NCBI GenBank assembly: GCA_965279515.1
Contig: CBDIID010000003.1
Location: forward strand, 3,904,001 to 3,968,000
DNA length: 64,000 nt
Reading direction: 5' to 3'
Origin: Turneriella sp.
GTDB lineage: Bacteria; Spirochaetota; Leptospiria; Turneriellales; Turneriellaceae
Shown: one piece after another, positions 9,210 to 19,456 of the stretch
Numbering within the stretch: the first letter of the stretch is position 1
Layout of the letters: every line of letters begins with the position of its first letter
Translations under genes and position numbers: made by a program
The notes under the pieces: model-generated
The model's database searches: none
What the model saw: only the letters and a program-made list of their open reading frames with translations
What the model was told of the DNA's origin: nothing

Positions 9210-11654
9210 TTATGGTTCGACAAGTTCAGAGAGCAACCTGTTGACGTTTTTCTTAAATTTCGCAGGATCCCCGAGTTGCGCGATCTTTTCGCGGATACGC
9301 TCCTGCGCTTTGATTGTTTGCTTCCTATTATGAAGAGCTTGTACTAATTTTGCCTTGAAATCTGCGGCATTTCCAACTTCAGCTAAATGCAGATATTCGA
9401 TTTGATCAGGAATTTCTCGGGTGATTAATGGGATATTTGATGCAACAATGGGTACATTCAAGGCGAGAGCTTCGTTTACCTGGGTAGGGAAATTTCCTTC
9501 CAGTTCGCTCGTGAATACTAGACATGCGGCGCGTTTGTATAACCAGGAAAGAGTAGCATCGCTGACATCTTGAACTATGTGGACGTATTTTTCGAGGTCC
9601 AAAGATTTCAACAAGCCTTGGTTTTCGGGGGAAAGATCAGATGTTAGTACGAGGCAAAAGTTTGTATATTTTGACTCCTTGTGTAATAATTGCAGAGCTT
9701 TCAACAAGACATCTAATCTTTTGCTGGGGCGATCTCGGGTGGGGTAAAATAGATAATCCAGATGCTGGACTGTCTCCATTACGCTTCGATTCGGTTTACT
9801 AGTGCGGTCAAAATTACCTTGTAGGTTTGGCAATGGGAAGTAACGTATTTTCTCTACAGGTGGAAAAAGTTCAGTTTGCGGTAGGTATTCCTGACTATAT
9901 TTGGAGTTTGTCAGTATTAGTTTTGCTCCTGCGACAATTTTCTGGCCAGTAGCTAGATGTCTTTTCTCCCCTTTAAAATCTTTTTTCCGGGGATAAAAAT
10001 GTGGTATGTAGTCAGGTAAGTAGAGCAGATATGATTTATTCAGCTCAGCAGCTTCTGGGAAAGCATAGTAATGTGGTACAATAATGCCATCAATGTTGTC
10101 ATCATTTTTTAAGGCTGATAGAATCTTATCTGGCCGAATCTGAGCGATAAGTATTCTGAGCGCGTCTTGTATACCGCACCATATTATGGTCTTTTTCATA
10201 ACCACGATGATGCCTAGCTTTGCGAATGATATAATCTTTTTTAACGGAGGCTTTGGGAGGTTTCTTATGTGATGCCGAATCGGATATTGAATGATTTTAT
10301 CCACAATTCTGAAATCCGCGCCGCCGACATCAAAAACCTGGCATTGTATTTCCGAACCGGGCATATTGAAGAAGCCATGAATTCTCTGGATCATGCTTGA
10401 CCGGCTTGTAATTATCACCTCAAAATTCCCGGATTTGATCAGTGCTTGAGCTACCTGCCGCATTACCCGACAAATACCTTCTACGGCAAAATAGCTGCCT
10501 TCATGGAATAGCACAGGTTCACCGGGGAAATGCATAAATATCGCCAGCCGTCTTTTTCCGGAAGTTGGTTTCTCCGGAAAATAGATGAATTTAGGTCGTG
10601 ATACCGTATCGGATTCAATTATCCGCTGCAAAACCCTGTCAAATACCGGCCATACCTTCCGCGGAATATATCGATCAACGACGCTTTTTTGTGAAGCGAC
10701 GATCGCCTGAATGAATTTTTTATCTCCTTCTAAAAGGCGCTCACATTTTCCTTTCGCCTCATCTTCGCTAAATGCCCGCCCGGGAGAATTAACCGGCATC
10801 ATTCTGGAGAGCAGAGAACCGTCAAGAAAAACGACCGGGGCACCGAGAATCATCATTTCGATAGGCTGTAAGAAACAAACAGTTCTGGAGGGGTGTGTAT
10901 AGAGAGCGCCTTTTGATTGGAGGAACTGCTCTAATTGTTGACTCCGCGGGAGGGTGCCAACGATTTGGGGATCTTGGGCGTGGCTCGTTTGAACTCCATA
11001 GTAACGAAAGTGTTTTTCTGGAAAATGGCGCTTAAGATATTTGTAGTGGTGGCGAAAATAGGGGTCCCTAATGTTCGGCGATGTCAGACAAATTTCTGGG
11101 GTTAAAGCTCCATGTTGGTTCCAAGATCCCTGAAGATTAATAATGTCATCAGTGACACAATAGGGGACAACTTCTCCCATTTCTCTTAACCACAGATGTT
11201 CTTCTTCTAATATTTCCATGGAGGTAGGTAAGTAAAAGAAATTTTTGATTCCGGAAAATAATTCCAGGGCACCGACTCTCTGCAATTCATCGCTAACAAG
11301 GTCTTTCAGTCCGTATGCCCGAAAAATAACCTTACCGTGAAAAACCGAAAGGACATCCTTAAGGATATTGGGGGAACTAGGAATGATAACGCAATCAAAG
11401 TACTCGTTCAGCATTTGGGCCATCTCGGCATTAATTGGATTATGATAGAAGTTATATTTGCTCAATTTATCATGAATTTTAGGTGGAAGAGTGGTCGATG
11501 AAGGTACCCACTCCCTGATTACCGATTGATCATTGACTTTGCTAAGGTAAGGTGGCGTAAATACTTCGTAGCCCAGCATCCGGAGACGAGCGACCTCGGT
11601 TTGAAGCAAGATTTTATGAGCACAGATAAAAAAAATTCGGCGATTCTTTTTCAT
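9210..11654 (-). CDS. Multidomain glycosyltransferase (C-terminal GT4/GT-B)
   Basis: YLFYPT..KRL..LYKRAACLVFTSELEGNF..EALALNVPIVASNIP; the N-terminal half looks like a second degenerate GT-B domain. Confidence 0.8.
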   Translation of the reverse strand: MKKNRRIFFICAHKILLQTEVARLRMLGYEVFTPPYLSKVNDQSVIREWVPSSTTLPPKIHDKLSKYNFYHNPINAEMAQMLNEYFDCVIIPSSPNILKDVLSVFHGKVIFRAYGLKDLVSDELQRVGALELFSGIKNFFYLPTSMEILEEEHLWLREMGEVVPYCVTDDIINLQGSWNQHGALTPEICLTSPNIRDPYFRHHYKYLKRHFPEKHFRYYGVQTSHAQDPQIVGTLPRSQQLEQFLQSKGALYTHPSRTVCFLQPIEMMILGAPVVFLDGSLLSRMMPVNSPGRAFSEDEAKGKCERLLEGDKKFIQAIVASQKSVVDRYIPRKVWPVFDRVLQRIIESDTVSRPKFIYFPEKPTSGKRRLAIFMHFPGEPVLFHEGSYFAVEGICRVMRQVAQALIKSGNFEVIITSRSSMIQRIHGFFNMPGSEIQCQVFDVGGADFRIVDKIIQYPIRHHIRNLPKPPLKKIISFAKLGIIVVMKKTIIWCGIQDALRILIAQIRPDKILSALKNDDNIDGIIVPHYYAFPEAAELNKSYLLYLPDYIPHFYPRKKDFKGEKRHLATGQKIVAGAKLILTNSKYSQEYLPQTELFPPVEKIRYFPLPNLQGNFDRTSKPNRSVMETVQHLDYLFYPTRDRPSKRLDVLLKALQLLHKESKYTNFCLVLTSDLSPENQGLLKSLDLEKYVHIVQDVSDATLSWLYKRAACLVFTSELEGNFPTQVNEALALNVPIVASNIPLITREIPDQIEYLHLAEVGNAADFKAKLVQALHNRKQTIKAQERIREKIAQLGDPAKFKKNVNRLLSELVEP

Positions 11655-12013
11655 GGAAAATTCTTAGTAAGAAGGGCGGTAATTCATGACGTTTCTGGCA
11701 AACGGAGCAAATGCTTAGGTAGTCTCACAAGGGGACAGGCTCTTAATGTGAAATCACATTCCTTGAACGCCCCTCCGGAGAGGAGGCTTCGAGCCTATAT
11801 TTATCTTTACATTCGACAAGGTTTTTTCCTAAACCAAAAATTTCATACTAAGTTGATAGTTTTTGGGTAAAACATGAAGTGACAACTCGAAAACTCAGAT
11901 ATCAGTATATTACAGCGTTGGCTGCAAGTTGGCCTCGTTTGGCTATCTATATTGAAGCCTGGCGTAAGATTATACACATTCCTCTGGTCTTTATCGGCCG
12001 TTGATTTACCTGG

Positions 12014-13261
12014 CTACTTGCCATCGTGGCGCGTTAACTTCAAAGCAATATCCGGATGAACATAAAACGGGGTCCGCCTGGTTCGAATAATATTTATTTT
12101 TATGGCCAGATCCCACCAGTCATAAATTGTCAAAGAATTTTTTGAATGTGCAGTAACTTCGATCCAATGGGCCCCATTTTCCAATATATTCGGTATGCTC
12201 CAGGTTATCTCAATGGTCTCGCCCGCTTTAACATTTGCAAGCGTCGAATCTTCTAGCTGAGTATTCGTGCCGAATAGTGGCTGCTTCAGCTCATTCTTAA
12301 TGCAGATGCCGGTTACCAATTCCGCAACCGCATGATTCGCAGCTAATTGCGCTCTCACAGTTATTATGCCACCCCGCTCCGCTGAATAAGTTGTAGCATC
12401 AGCTTCCAAAGCCGTGAATTTAACGTCTCCGTTTCCAAAACGAAATGGGTTGACTGTTTGCATATCAGGACGCTCTCCGCTTGCAGGTATGCTTGCAATT
12501 GCAGCTTCGCTGTTGCTGAATAACTTTCTATACTCACGGGCGACATCTCTCGGCATTCCTTCATGAGTAATCCTGCCTTGATCGATCAAAATAGCGCGGT
12601 CGCAGAATTGTTCGACAGCCCCCATATCATGAGTTACGAATACTACGGTTTTCCCGACGCGTTTAAGCAGCTCAAAATGGCGAAAACACTTCTGTTGAAA
12701 ATCTAAATCACCAACGGCCAAGACTTCGTCCACCAGCAGAATATCGGCATCAGTCATCGAGGCAATGGAAAAGGCCAAGCGAACCTGCATGCCCGACGAG
12801 AAGTTTTTTAGGGGTTTGTCCATATGCCCTTCTAATTCCGCAAATTTCACGATTGCTTCCATCTTGGCTGTAATGCTTGCGCGGCTGAATCCGAGCAGCG
12901 CGCCGTTCATATAAACGTTTTCATAGCCACTGAGTTCACCATGGAACCCAACCCCAAGCTCAATAAATGGGACTATCAAACCTTTTACATTCACGGAGCC
13001 TTTTGTAGGCGCGTAAATTTGAGCTATAAGTTTTAGGAGTGTACTTTTGCCGCCTCCATTACGCCCCACTATTCCAAAAAACTCTCCTTTCCGAATGTTA
13101 AGATTTATATCCTGTAATACAGTTATCGGTGTGGATTTTTTCTGCCCTAGAACCTGACTTGGATGAATAAAGAGATTCTTTAGATTACTTCCTGCAAACC
13201 GGGGGGGGCGAAAAATTTTTGTTACATTGCTGATAGAAATAGCTACTTCATATTTGAGCAT
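12014..13261 (-). CDS. wzt: Polysaccharide ABC exporter ATPase with C-terminal carbohydrate-binding domain
   Basis: GRNGGGKST, FSSGMQVRLAF, LLVDEVLAVGD, VTHD and a ~170-aa C-terminal extension; ATG at 13261 overlaps the wzm stop. Confidence 0.92.
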   Translation of the reverse strand: MLKYEVAISISNVTKIFRPPRFAGSNLKNLFIHPSQVLGQKKSTPITVLQDINLNIRKGEFFGIVGRNGGGKSTLLKLIAQIYAPTKGSVNVKGLIVPFIELGVGFHGELSGYENVYMNGALLGFSRASITAKMEAIVKFAELEGHMDKPLKNFSSGMQVRLAFSIASMTDADILLVDEVLAVGDLDFQQKCFRHFELLKRVGKTVVFVTHDMGAVEQFCDRAILIDQGRITHEGMPRDVAREYRKLFSNSEAAIASIPASGERPDMQTVNPFRFGNGDVKFTALEADATTYSAERGGIITVRAQLAANHAVAELVTGICIKNELKQPLFGTNTQLEDSTLANVKAGETIEITWSIPNILENGAHWIEVTAHSKNSLTIYDWWDLAIKINIIRTRRTPFYVHPDIALKLTRHDGK

Positions 13262-14052
13262 CAAATTCTCTCGGCAAAAAATTTTGCTGAACGCTGAAAG
13301 AAAATCAGTCCGAATATCAGAATTAAGACCGTAATGCCAATCGGAATTCCTCGCAGCCAAGGCATTTCGGGATGAAGGGTTTCAATTATTACGGTCTGTT
13401 TAGATATAAACACATATCGAAAATCCTGGATTATCTGAGCTACTGGAAAAAGAATCAAAATCTTTGCTGCCAAAGGTGGAAGAGCTAATGGCGTATACAG
13501 AATAGGCGTTCCATAAAAACCGATCTGAAGAGTTAGTTCCCAAATGGGTGAGATATCACGGAAATTAATATAGAGAACCGATAATATGGCGCCCACGCCT
13601 AAAAAGAGCGCGCATGCCTCGATAGTCAGAGGCAGAATCCAAAGCGCTTGAAGGCCGATATCTACTTGATTGACGATGGCGAAAATCAATACAACGACAA
13701 AGTTAAGTACAAAGCTAATACCTGCCGCGGCTACAACACTTGTTAACAATACCCACTTCGGAAAATTTAGCTTTCGAAGCAAGTGACCGCGCGCCGCGAT
13801 TGCCTGAAGTCCTGCTGTTGAGGCTTCCGTAAAGAAAGACCAGATTATCATCCCCAGTAAAAGATAAATCGCCGGTGAAGATACTTTTAGGTCAAATTTT
13901 AGGAATCGAACAAATACAATGTAGAGCACAACGAACATGCACAATGGCTTTAATAGCGTCCAAAAATACCCCAGCAAGGATCCATGGTATCTAAGTCTAA
14001 AATCTGTTCTAATAAACTCAGATAAGATATTTAGCGACTGCGATTTTGACAT
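13261..14052 (-). CDS. wzm: Polysaccharide ABC exporter permease
   Basis: DFRLRYHGSLLGYFWTLLKPL, FRDI, FYGTPILY motifs. Confidence 0.93.
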   Translation of the reverse strand: MSKSQSLNILSEFIRTDFRLRYHGSLLGYFWTLLKPLCMFVVLYIVFVRFLKFDLKVSSPAIYLLLGMIIWSFFTEASTAGLQAIAARGHLLRKLNFPKWVLLTSVVAAAGISFVLNFVVVLIFAIVNQVDIGLQALWILPLTIEACALFLGVGAILSVLYINFRDISPIWELTLQIGFYGTPILYTPLALPPLAAKILILFPVAQIIQDFRYVFISKQTVIIETLHPEMPWLRGIPIGITVLILIFGLIFFQRSAKFFAERI

Positions 14053-14485
14053 ATAAGCTAACCAGAATATTCGATTTTAACATCAGGAATCATCACGGGC
14101 AAAACCTGTTTACTATATGCATTCTACCCCATCAATTCGACGAACCACCTTGGCTATTCAGGCCCGCTCGTAAAGAATTTACTCTGCGATAACAACCAAG
14201 CCATAAGCGTTTAGTTGAATCTAGGAAAAATTCGGGCTACAAGTCTTCTGGCGGCGAATTTGAACTGTCTTTCCGGCTTGCCGGCTTTCTGCAGTTAAGA
14301 CAGGGGTAGTATCCCAGCAAAAAATTTAGAGTATTCAATGTCAAGCCCTAGTTCAGTAGAGATTCCAATCGAGTTGGCACCTTATCGGGCTTAATATTCT
14401 TGACCTTTTATGCTCAGTATGCTCAAAATTCTAATGGGCTCTAAACCGTTGTTCATGCCATAACTGCTTAGTTTTAAACAGGCTT

Positions 14486-15262
14486 ATGCGTAGAGTAAAA
14501 AAGGCAGAATTTGTGTCCGGTCATCTCAAGAAAAATCAAAGTCATCAAAATGCCGAGAATCGTGAATATTCGGGTACCGCATTACTTTTTCAGGCCGAAG
14601 AAGACATACCAAGGTATAATCGGTGGATTGTTAAACAGGTAATTGATGCAACCGGCAAAAAGCCTGGGCTTAGGGTCTTGGACTTCGGTGCAGGAGTGGG
14701 GACTCTGAGCCAGATTTTTGCGACGCAGGCAGGAGTTACTCCCGATTGCATTGAGCTCGATCGGGAAAATCAGGCGACGATTGCCAGCCGGGGGTTTCGA
14801 TGTTATCAGGAAATCCACGAGCTTCAGGATAAATACAGCTTAGTGTACTCATCGAATGTCTTTGAGCACATACCCGACGATAGTGCCGTTGCCAATGAGC
14901 TTCGTGATCATATGCTTGATGGCGCGAAATTAGTTATCTTTGTTCCTGCATTACCACTATTATGGTCAAAAATGGATTCTCGGGTTGGCCACATTCGGAG
15001 GTACACTAAAAAATCGATGCGTCAAATGCTGGAAAAGTCCGGATTTGATGTTATTTCAATGCGTTATTGTAATTCAGTTGGTTTCGCGTTAACTTTATTG
15101 TTTAAATTGGTTGGTAGTTCAAGTGGTGAGCCTTCGCGCACAGCTCTGAGGATATTCGATAAGTTTTTGTTGCCAATTTCCAGAGTATTTGACTTTCTGT
15201 TGTTGGGTTCTTTAGGTCAAAATTTATTTGTCGTAGCAGATTTAAAACCTGATACCCGGTAA
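14486..15262 (+). CDS. Class I SAM-dependent methyltransferase
   Basis: VLDFGAGVG, SNVFEHIPDD, VPA..GHIRRY. Confidence 0.85.
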   Translation: MRRVKKAEFVSGHLKKNQSHQNAENREYSGTALLFQAEEDIPRYNRWIVKQVIDATGKKPGLRVLDFGAGVGTLSQIFATQAGVTPDCIELDRENQATIASRGFRCYQEIHELQDKYSLVYSSNVFEHIPDDSAVANELRDHMLDGAKLVIFVPALPLLWSKMDSRVGHIRRYTKKSMRQMLEKSGFDVISMRYCNSVGFALTLLFKLVGSSSGEPSRTALRIFDKFLLPISRVFDFLLLGSLGQNLFVVADLKPDTR

Positions 15263-15267
15263 AATGA

Positions 15268-16104
15268 ATGCTTAAAAAAGATATTGAATACTGGCGTGGA
15301 AAAACTGTCCTGATTACTGGCGGGTCCTCAGGTATTGGTTTGGCGCTTGCACATGAAGTCGTTGAAACTTGCGGAGCCGTTGCCATAATATCACGGAATG
15401 ATACAAGCTTGTCAAAGGCGAAGAAAATTCTTACTGGCCCGAAAAATCAGGCAAAGATCAGGTTTTATCCGTGTGATGTGGGCAGTTCAGTTCAGGTCAA
15501 GAAAATGGCCAACCGCGTATTGAAGGAAGTGGGTTGTCCAGATATAATTATCAATAATGCGGGATTTGCTCACTTTTACACTTTTGACCAAATGGATGAA
15601 AATGATATCGAAGAGACGGCGAATGTTAACTTTTCTGGCTTTCTGCGCGTTACCCGGGCATTCCTTCCAGCGATGATCACAGCAACAGCTCCGGGATGTA
15701 TTGTGAACATTGCTTCCGTGGCCGGTGCGTTCCCGATCACGCCCAATGCTGTGTACGGAGCGGCAAAAGCCGGAATGCTTGCTTTTTCTGAGCTTTTGGG
15801 CATCGAATTGGATCATTTTGGGATAAGAGTTGTCACAGTGTGCCCAGGGCGCGTAGAAACGTCTTTTTTTGACCACATCTCATACAAAAGGCGCGTTGCA
15901 GGTTCCGAGACGCAAATTGTGACTCCGATTCGCAAAGTAACCGATGGGATCATCAGGGCTGTAACTGCCCAGAAGCGAGTTGTCTTTATTCCAGGATACT
16001 GGCGATATTTTGCCTGGCTTTTATCTGTTGATAAACTTGTATTGCGACCTTTGTACCGCGCTTTTCTCAAGAAGCGTGTTGCTCGGTTAAGAAATCAGAA
16101 ATAG
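15268..16104 (+). CDS. Short-chain dehydrogenase/reductase
   Basis: TGGSSGIG, NNAG, YGAAK. Confidence 0.9.
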   Translation: MLKKDIEYWRGKTVLITGGSSGIGLALAHEVVETCGAVAIISRNDTSLSKAKKILTGPKNQAKIRFYPCDVGSSVQVKKMANRVLKEVGCPDIIINNAGFAHFYTFDQMDENDIEETANVNFSGFLRVTRAFLPAMITATAPGCIVNIASVAGAFPITPNAVYGAAKAGMLAFSELLGIELDHFGIRVVTVCPGRVETSFFDHISYKRRVAGSETQIVTPIRKVTDGIIRAVTAQKRVVFIPGYWRYFAWLLSVDKLVLRPLYRAFLKKRVARLRNQK

Positions 16105-16111
16105 GTAATAT

Positions 16112-16999
16112 ATGAATGAGAAAACCATCGTTTGCCCACTAAATGGGCTTCCAGCCCGGATTTACGTCAGAAAAGGTCGAGCAATCTATTATTTGGAGCC
16201 AAAGTCGGGTTTGATTTTTCAAGGCAATCTGCCCACCGTCAATGATATGGAGGCGTTTAATCAATCCGAATATGAGTCCGGCAGTTACAAAGCTTATGTT
16301 GAGATGGGGCATTTGAAGAAGCGGACGGCCAGAAATAGATTGGAAAAAATTCGAAAATTCGGGAAAGCTTCGGGTAATCTGCTCGATGTTGGTTGCTCTG
16401 CTGGCCTGTTTCTCGAGGTTGCTCAGGAATTCGGATTTAAGGTGCACGGCGTCGAGCTTTCCGCAAAGGCCATTGAGCTAGCGAAACCGGACATCCGGAA
16501 ATTGATTTCTAAAGCGGATGCGAATAAGCACATTAAGAAGTACGGTGCAGTGTATGATGTTGTGACGGCGTACGATATTATTGAACATACACAGGAGCCA
16601 AAAGTTTTTCTCAAGGATCTATATAATGCGTTGGCTCCCGAGGGAGTTGTAGCAATTGCAACTCCGGATTCTGGTCATTTTCTGCGTTACCTGATGCGTG
16701 GGAGCTGGTCAATGTTGCAACCGATGCAGCATACCTTTCTATTTAGCCGCCGAGGGCTTAAGTCGCTGCTAGAGGAGACCGGTTTTCAGGAAGTGCAAAT
16801 AATGTCCGCCAAAAAAACCTTAACTATTAATTATCTATTTGGTCAATTAGCGCAGACAAATCCGCTGATTTCGCGGCTATACAAAATCTTCAAGTTCCTC
16901 ATACCTTCTTTTATCGGAGATGCCATGTTCGATCTGAATATCAGCGAGTTTTTGGCGTTGGCACGAAAGGTCCCAGCAAAAACCAAGGCTTCGAAATGA
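16112..16999 (+). CDS. Class I SAM-dependent methyltransferase
   Basis: LLDVGCSAG, DIIEH, ATPD. Confidence 0.87.
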   Translation: MNEKTIVCPLNGLPARIYVRKGRAIYYLEPKSGLIFQGNLPTVNDMEAFNQSEYESGSYKAYVEMGHLKKRTARNRLEKIRKFGKASGNLLDVGCSAGLFLEVAQEFGFKVHGVELSAKAIELAKPDIRKLISKADANKHIKKYGAVYDVVTAYDIIEHTQEPKVFLKDLYNALAPEGVVAIATPDSGHFLRYLMRGSWSMLQPMQHTFLFSRRGLKSLLEETGFQEVQIMSAKKTLTINYLFGQLAQTNPLISRLYKIFKFLIPSFIGDAMFDLNISEFLALARKVPAKTKASK

Positions 17000-18432
17000 G
17001 TCCTTTACGAAACTCAAGAGTTAAAGAAAAGTCGCAGCGTGCTACCTACTCGCAAGGTGCGTGTCCGCTTTGCGGTAGCAAACATCAAGCGTATGTTTAT
17101 TCAAAAGTACATTCCCGTGTTGTCCATTGTACGAATTGCGGGTTGCTGGAAGATGTCGCTTTTGACATAAGGAATCAGCCTCAGAATCATTGGTCCCCGG
17201 AAAAGCTTGAGAAATTATCGGATCTTGTTCAGAATACTCAGGGCAATGTCACATTAATTACGACCATCCGGGGCAATAAGTCCCTCGAGCGTGTTTTTAG
17301 GCAAACTTTGCCGGCAGAGCGTCTGAATGTTGTCGACTTCGCAAAGCTAGGGTCGTTTAGGTCAAAAAATGAAAGCGTTTTTGTAGATGACCACTTACTG
17401 GATCAACCTAATCCCAGGGAAATATTAAGCAAGCTGAACCGAAACTTTCTGCCTGATCAACGCGTGGTTTTTTGCATCGAATTAATTGGCGGAAATCATG
17501 GATGGTTAAGGGAATCCTTGAAACCCAGGGAGGCTTACGCGCGTTTTTGGCCTGATTGGGTTACATTCCACAAATTGCTCTTATCCGCAGGTTTTGAGAA
17601 GGTCTGGCTAAACAACGTCCAAGAAGACCAGCACGGAACCAGTATGGCAATTGTTTCAGCCAAAAATGGAATCGCCCGAGTTCGTCCAAAACTCTCAATA
17701 GTCATGCCCGTTTTCAACGAAGCGGCAACATTTGAATCAACATTTTCCCGGGTGTTGAGTAAGAAAATTCCTGGCGCAGATAAGGAAATAATCATTGTTG
17801 AAAGTAACTCAACGGATGGAACAAAAGATCTTGTTGCGCGCGTTGCAGCAGCGCCGAATGTCAAAGTTCTTTGGCAAGAACGTCCCCGTGGCAAAGGTCA
17901 TGCAGTTCGGCAAGGTATTGAAGCATCCACAGGGAACATCATTCTGATTCAGGATGCGGACCTTGAATATGACGTTAACGATTATGATGCGCTGGTTGAA
18001 GAACTCTTATCGTGGCGCTCTACATTTGTTCTTGGCTCCAGGCATACGGGAGATTGGAAAATGAGGAAGTTTAACGATATGCCGTTCATGGCGGGGTTTT
18101 TCAACTTGGGGCACATTTTTTTCGTTTGGCTAATTAACGTCTTGATTAGGGCCAAAATGAAAGACCCGTTTACAATGTATAAGGTATTCTACAAAGATTG
18201 CATTTATGGTTTACATTTCCGGTATAATCGCTTTGATTTTGATCATGAGTTAGTAATAAAGTTGTATCGAAAGGGCTTTCATCCGCCAGAAATACCCGTT
18301 AACTATGTTGCCCGGTCGTTTTCAGAAGGGAAAAAAGTTTCATTTTTTAAAGATGGAATTTCCTGGTTGGTAAAAGATATTAAGCTGGCGACAGAATCTT
18401 TGAACTCAGCTGATCTCAGGAAAATACCATAG
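16996..18432 (+). CDS. GT2 glycosyltransferase (DPM-synthase-like) with N-terminal degenerate methyltransferase-like domain
   Basis: C-terminal LSIVMPVFNE, GKGHAVRQG, IQDADLEYD, GSR; N-terminal CPLC..CTNC. Confidence 0.85.
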   Translation: MSPLRNSRVKEKSQRATYSQGACPLCGSKHQAYVYSKVHSRVVHCTNCGLLEDVAFDIRNQPQNHWSPEKLEKLSDLVQNTQGNVTLITTIRGNKSLERVFRQTLPAERLNVVDFAKLGSFRSKNESVFVDDHLLDQPNPREILSKLNRNFLPDQRVVFCIELIGGNHGWLRESLKPREAYARFWPDWVTFHKLLLSAGFEKVWLNNVQEDQHGTSMAIVSAKNGIARVRPKLSIVMPVFNEAATFESTFSRVLSKKIPGADKEIIIVESNSTDGTKDLVARVAAAPNVKVLWQERPRGKGHAVRQGIEASTGNIILIQDADLEYDVNDYDALVEELLSWRSTFVLGSRHTGDWKMRKFNDMPFMAGFFNLGHIFFVWLINVLIRAKMKDPFTMYKVFYKDCIYGLHFRYNRFDFDHELVIKLYRKGFHPPEIPVNYVARSFSEGKKVSFFKDGISWLVKDIKLATESLNSADLRKIP

Positions 18433-18499
18433 ACATGATGAAAAAGTTTGGTGATAATCGCGTTTTTTACTTTTTATTATCGGGACGGGAGACTCATAA

Positions 18500-19456
18500 A
18501 TGAAGTTCATAGTAACAGGCTGTGCCGGCTTTATCGGGAGCAACCTCACGGACCGATTGCTTGATGAAGGGCACTCTGTGGTCGGAATCGACAATTTTTC
18601 CACGGGGCAACGGGAGTTTCTTCACAAGGCACTGAAAAATTCAAAATTCTCCCTGGTTGAGGCAGATCTGCTTAATCCGGAAGTTTATGTTGATTCTTTT
18701 TCCGGCGGAGATAGGGTTTATCATCTTGCAGCGAATGCTGATGTCCGTTTTGGTACCAATCATCCAAGAAGGGACCTGGAGCAGAACACGATTGCAACTT
18801 ATAATGTTCTTGAGGCGATGCGGGCAAACGGAATTAAGCAGATTATCTTTTCATCGACCGGGTCAGTTTACGGGGAAGCTCCTGTCATACCAACGCCTGA
18901 AGATTGTCCATTTCCAATCCAAACATCACTGTATGCGGCGTCTAAACTTGCATGTGAGGGTTTGCTGGCAGCATATAGTGCAGGATTTGGATTTCAGGTT
19001 TGGATTTTTCGGTTTGTATCTATTCTTGGAGAGCGATACACGCATGGTCACGTATTTGACTTCTACAAACAACTAAAAGCAGATGGTTCCCGCTTGCGCG
19101 TGCTGGGCAATGGAAAACAAAGAAAATCTTATCTCTATATTCAGGATTGTTTGGATGCGATTCATGTCGCGGTTGAAATGGCTAAGGAAAACGTCAATAT
19201 ATTCAATCTTGGCGTTGATGGATATTGTGAAGTCAATGATTCCATTGGATGGATTTGTGGCTCGCTCGGACTAAAGCCAATTTTAGAATACACCGGGGGA
19301 GATCGCGGGTGGATCGGCGACAATCCCTTTATCTTCCTGGAGACCCGGAAAATAAAACAACTAGGATGGATACCGAAGTTATCGATTCAGGAAGGCGTCA
19401 AAAAAACCATAGATTACCTTCGCGAAAATCCATGGGTAATGGAAGCTAGGGCATGA
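18500..19456 (+). CDS. NAD-dependent NDP-sugar epimerase/dehydratase
   Basis: TGCAGFIGS, HLAA, SSTGSVYG, YAASK. Confidence 0.92.
   Translation: MKFIVTGCAGFIGSNLTDRLLDEGHSVVGIDNFSTGQREFLHKALKNSKFSLVEADLLNPEVYVDSFSGGDRVYHLAANADVRFGTNHPRRDLEQNTIATYNVLEAMRANGIKQIIFSSTGSVYGEAPVIPTPEDCPFPIQTSLYAASKLACEGLLAAYSAGFGFQVWIFRFVSILGERYTHGHVFDFYKQLKADGSRLRVLGNGKQRKSYLYIQDCLDAIHVAVEMAKENVNIFNLGVDGYCEVNDSIGWICGSLGLKPILEYTGGDRGWIGDNPFIFLETRKIKQLGWIPKLSIQEGVKKTIDYLRENPWVMEARA

Noticed and set aside
13201..13208. G8 run in wzt (and G8 at 22130-22137) as phase-variation sites
   Set aside because: Short, in frame and explicable by Pro/Gly codons.
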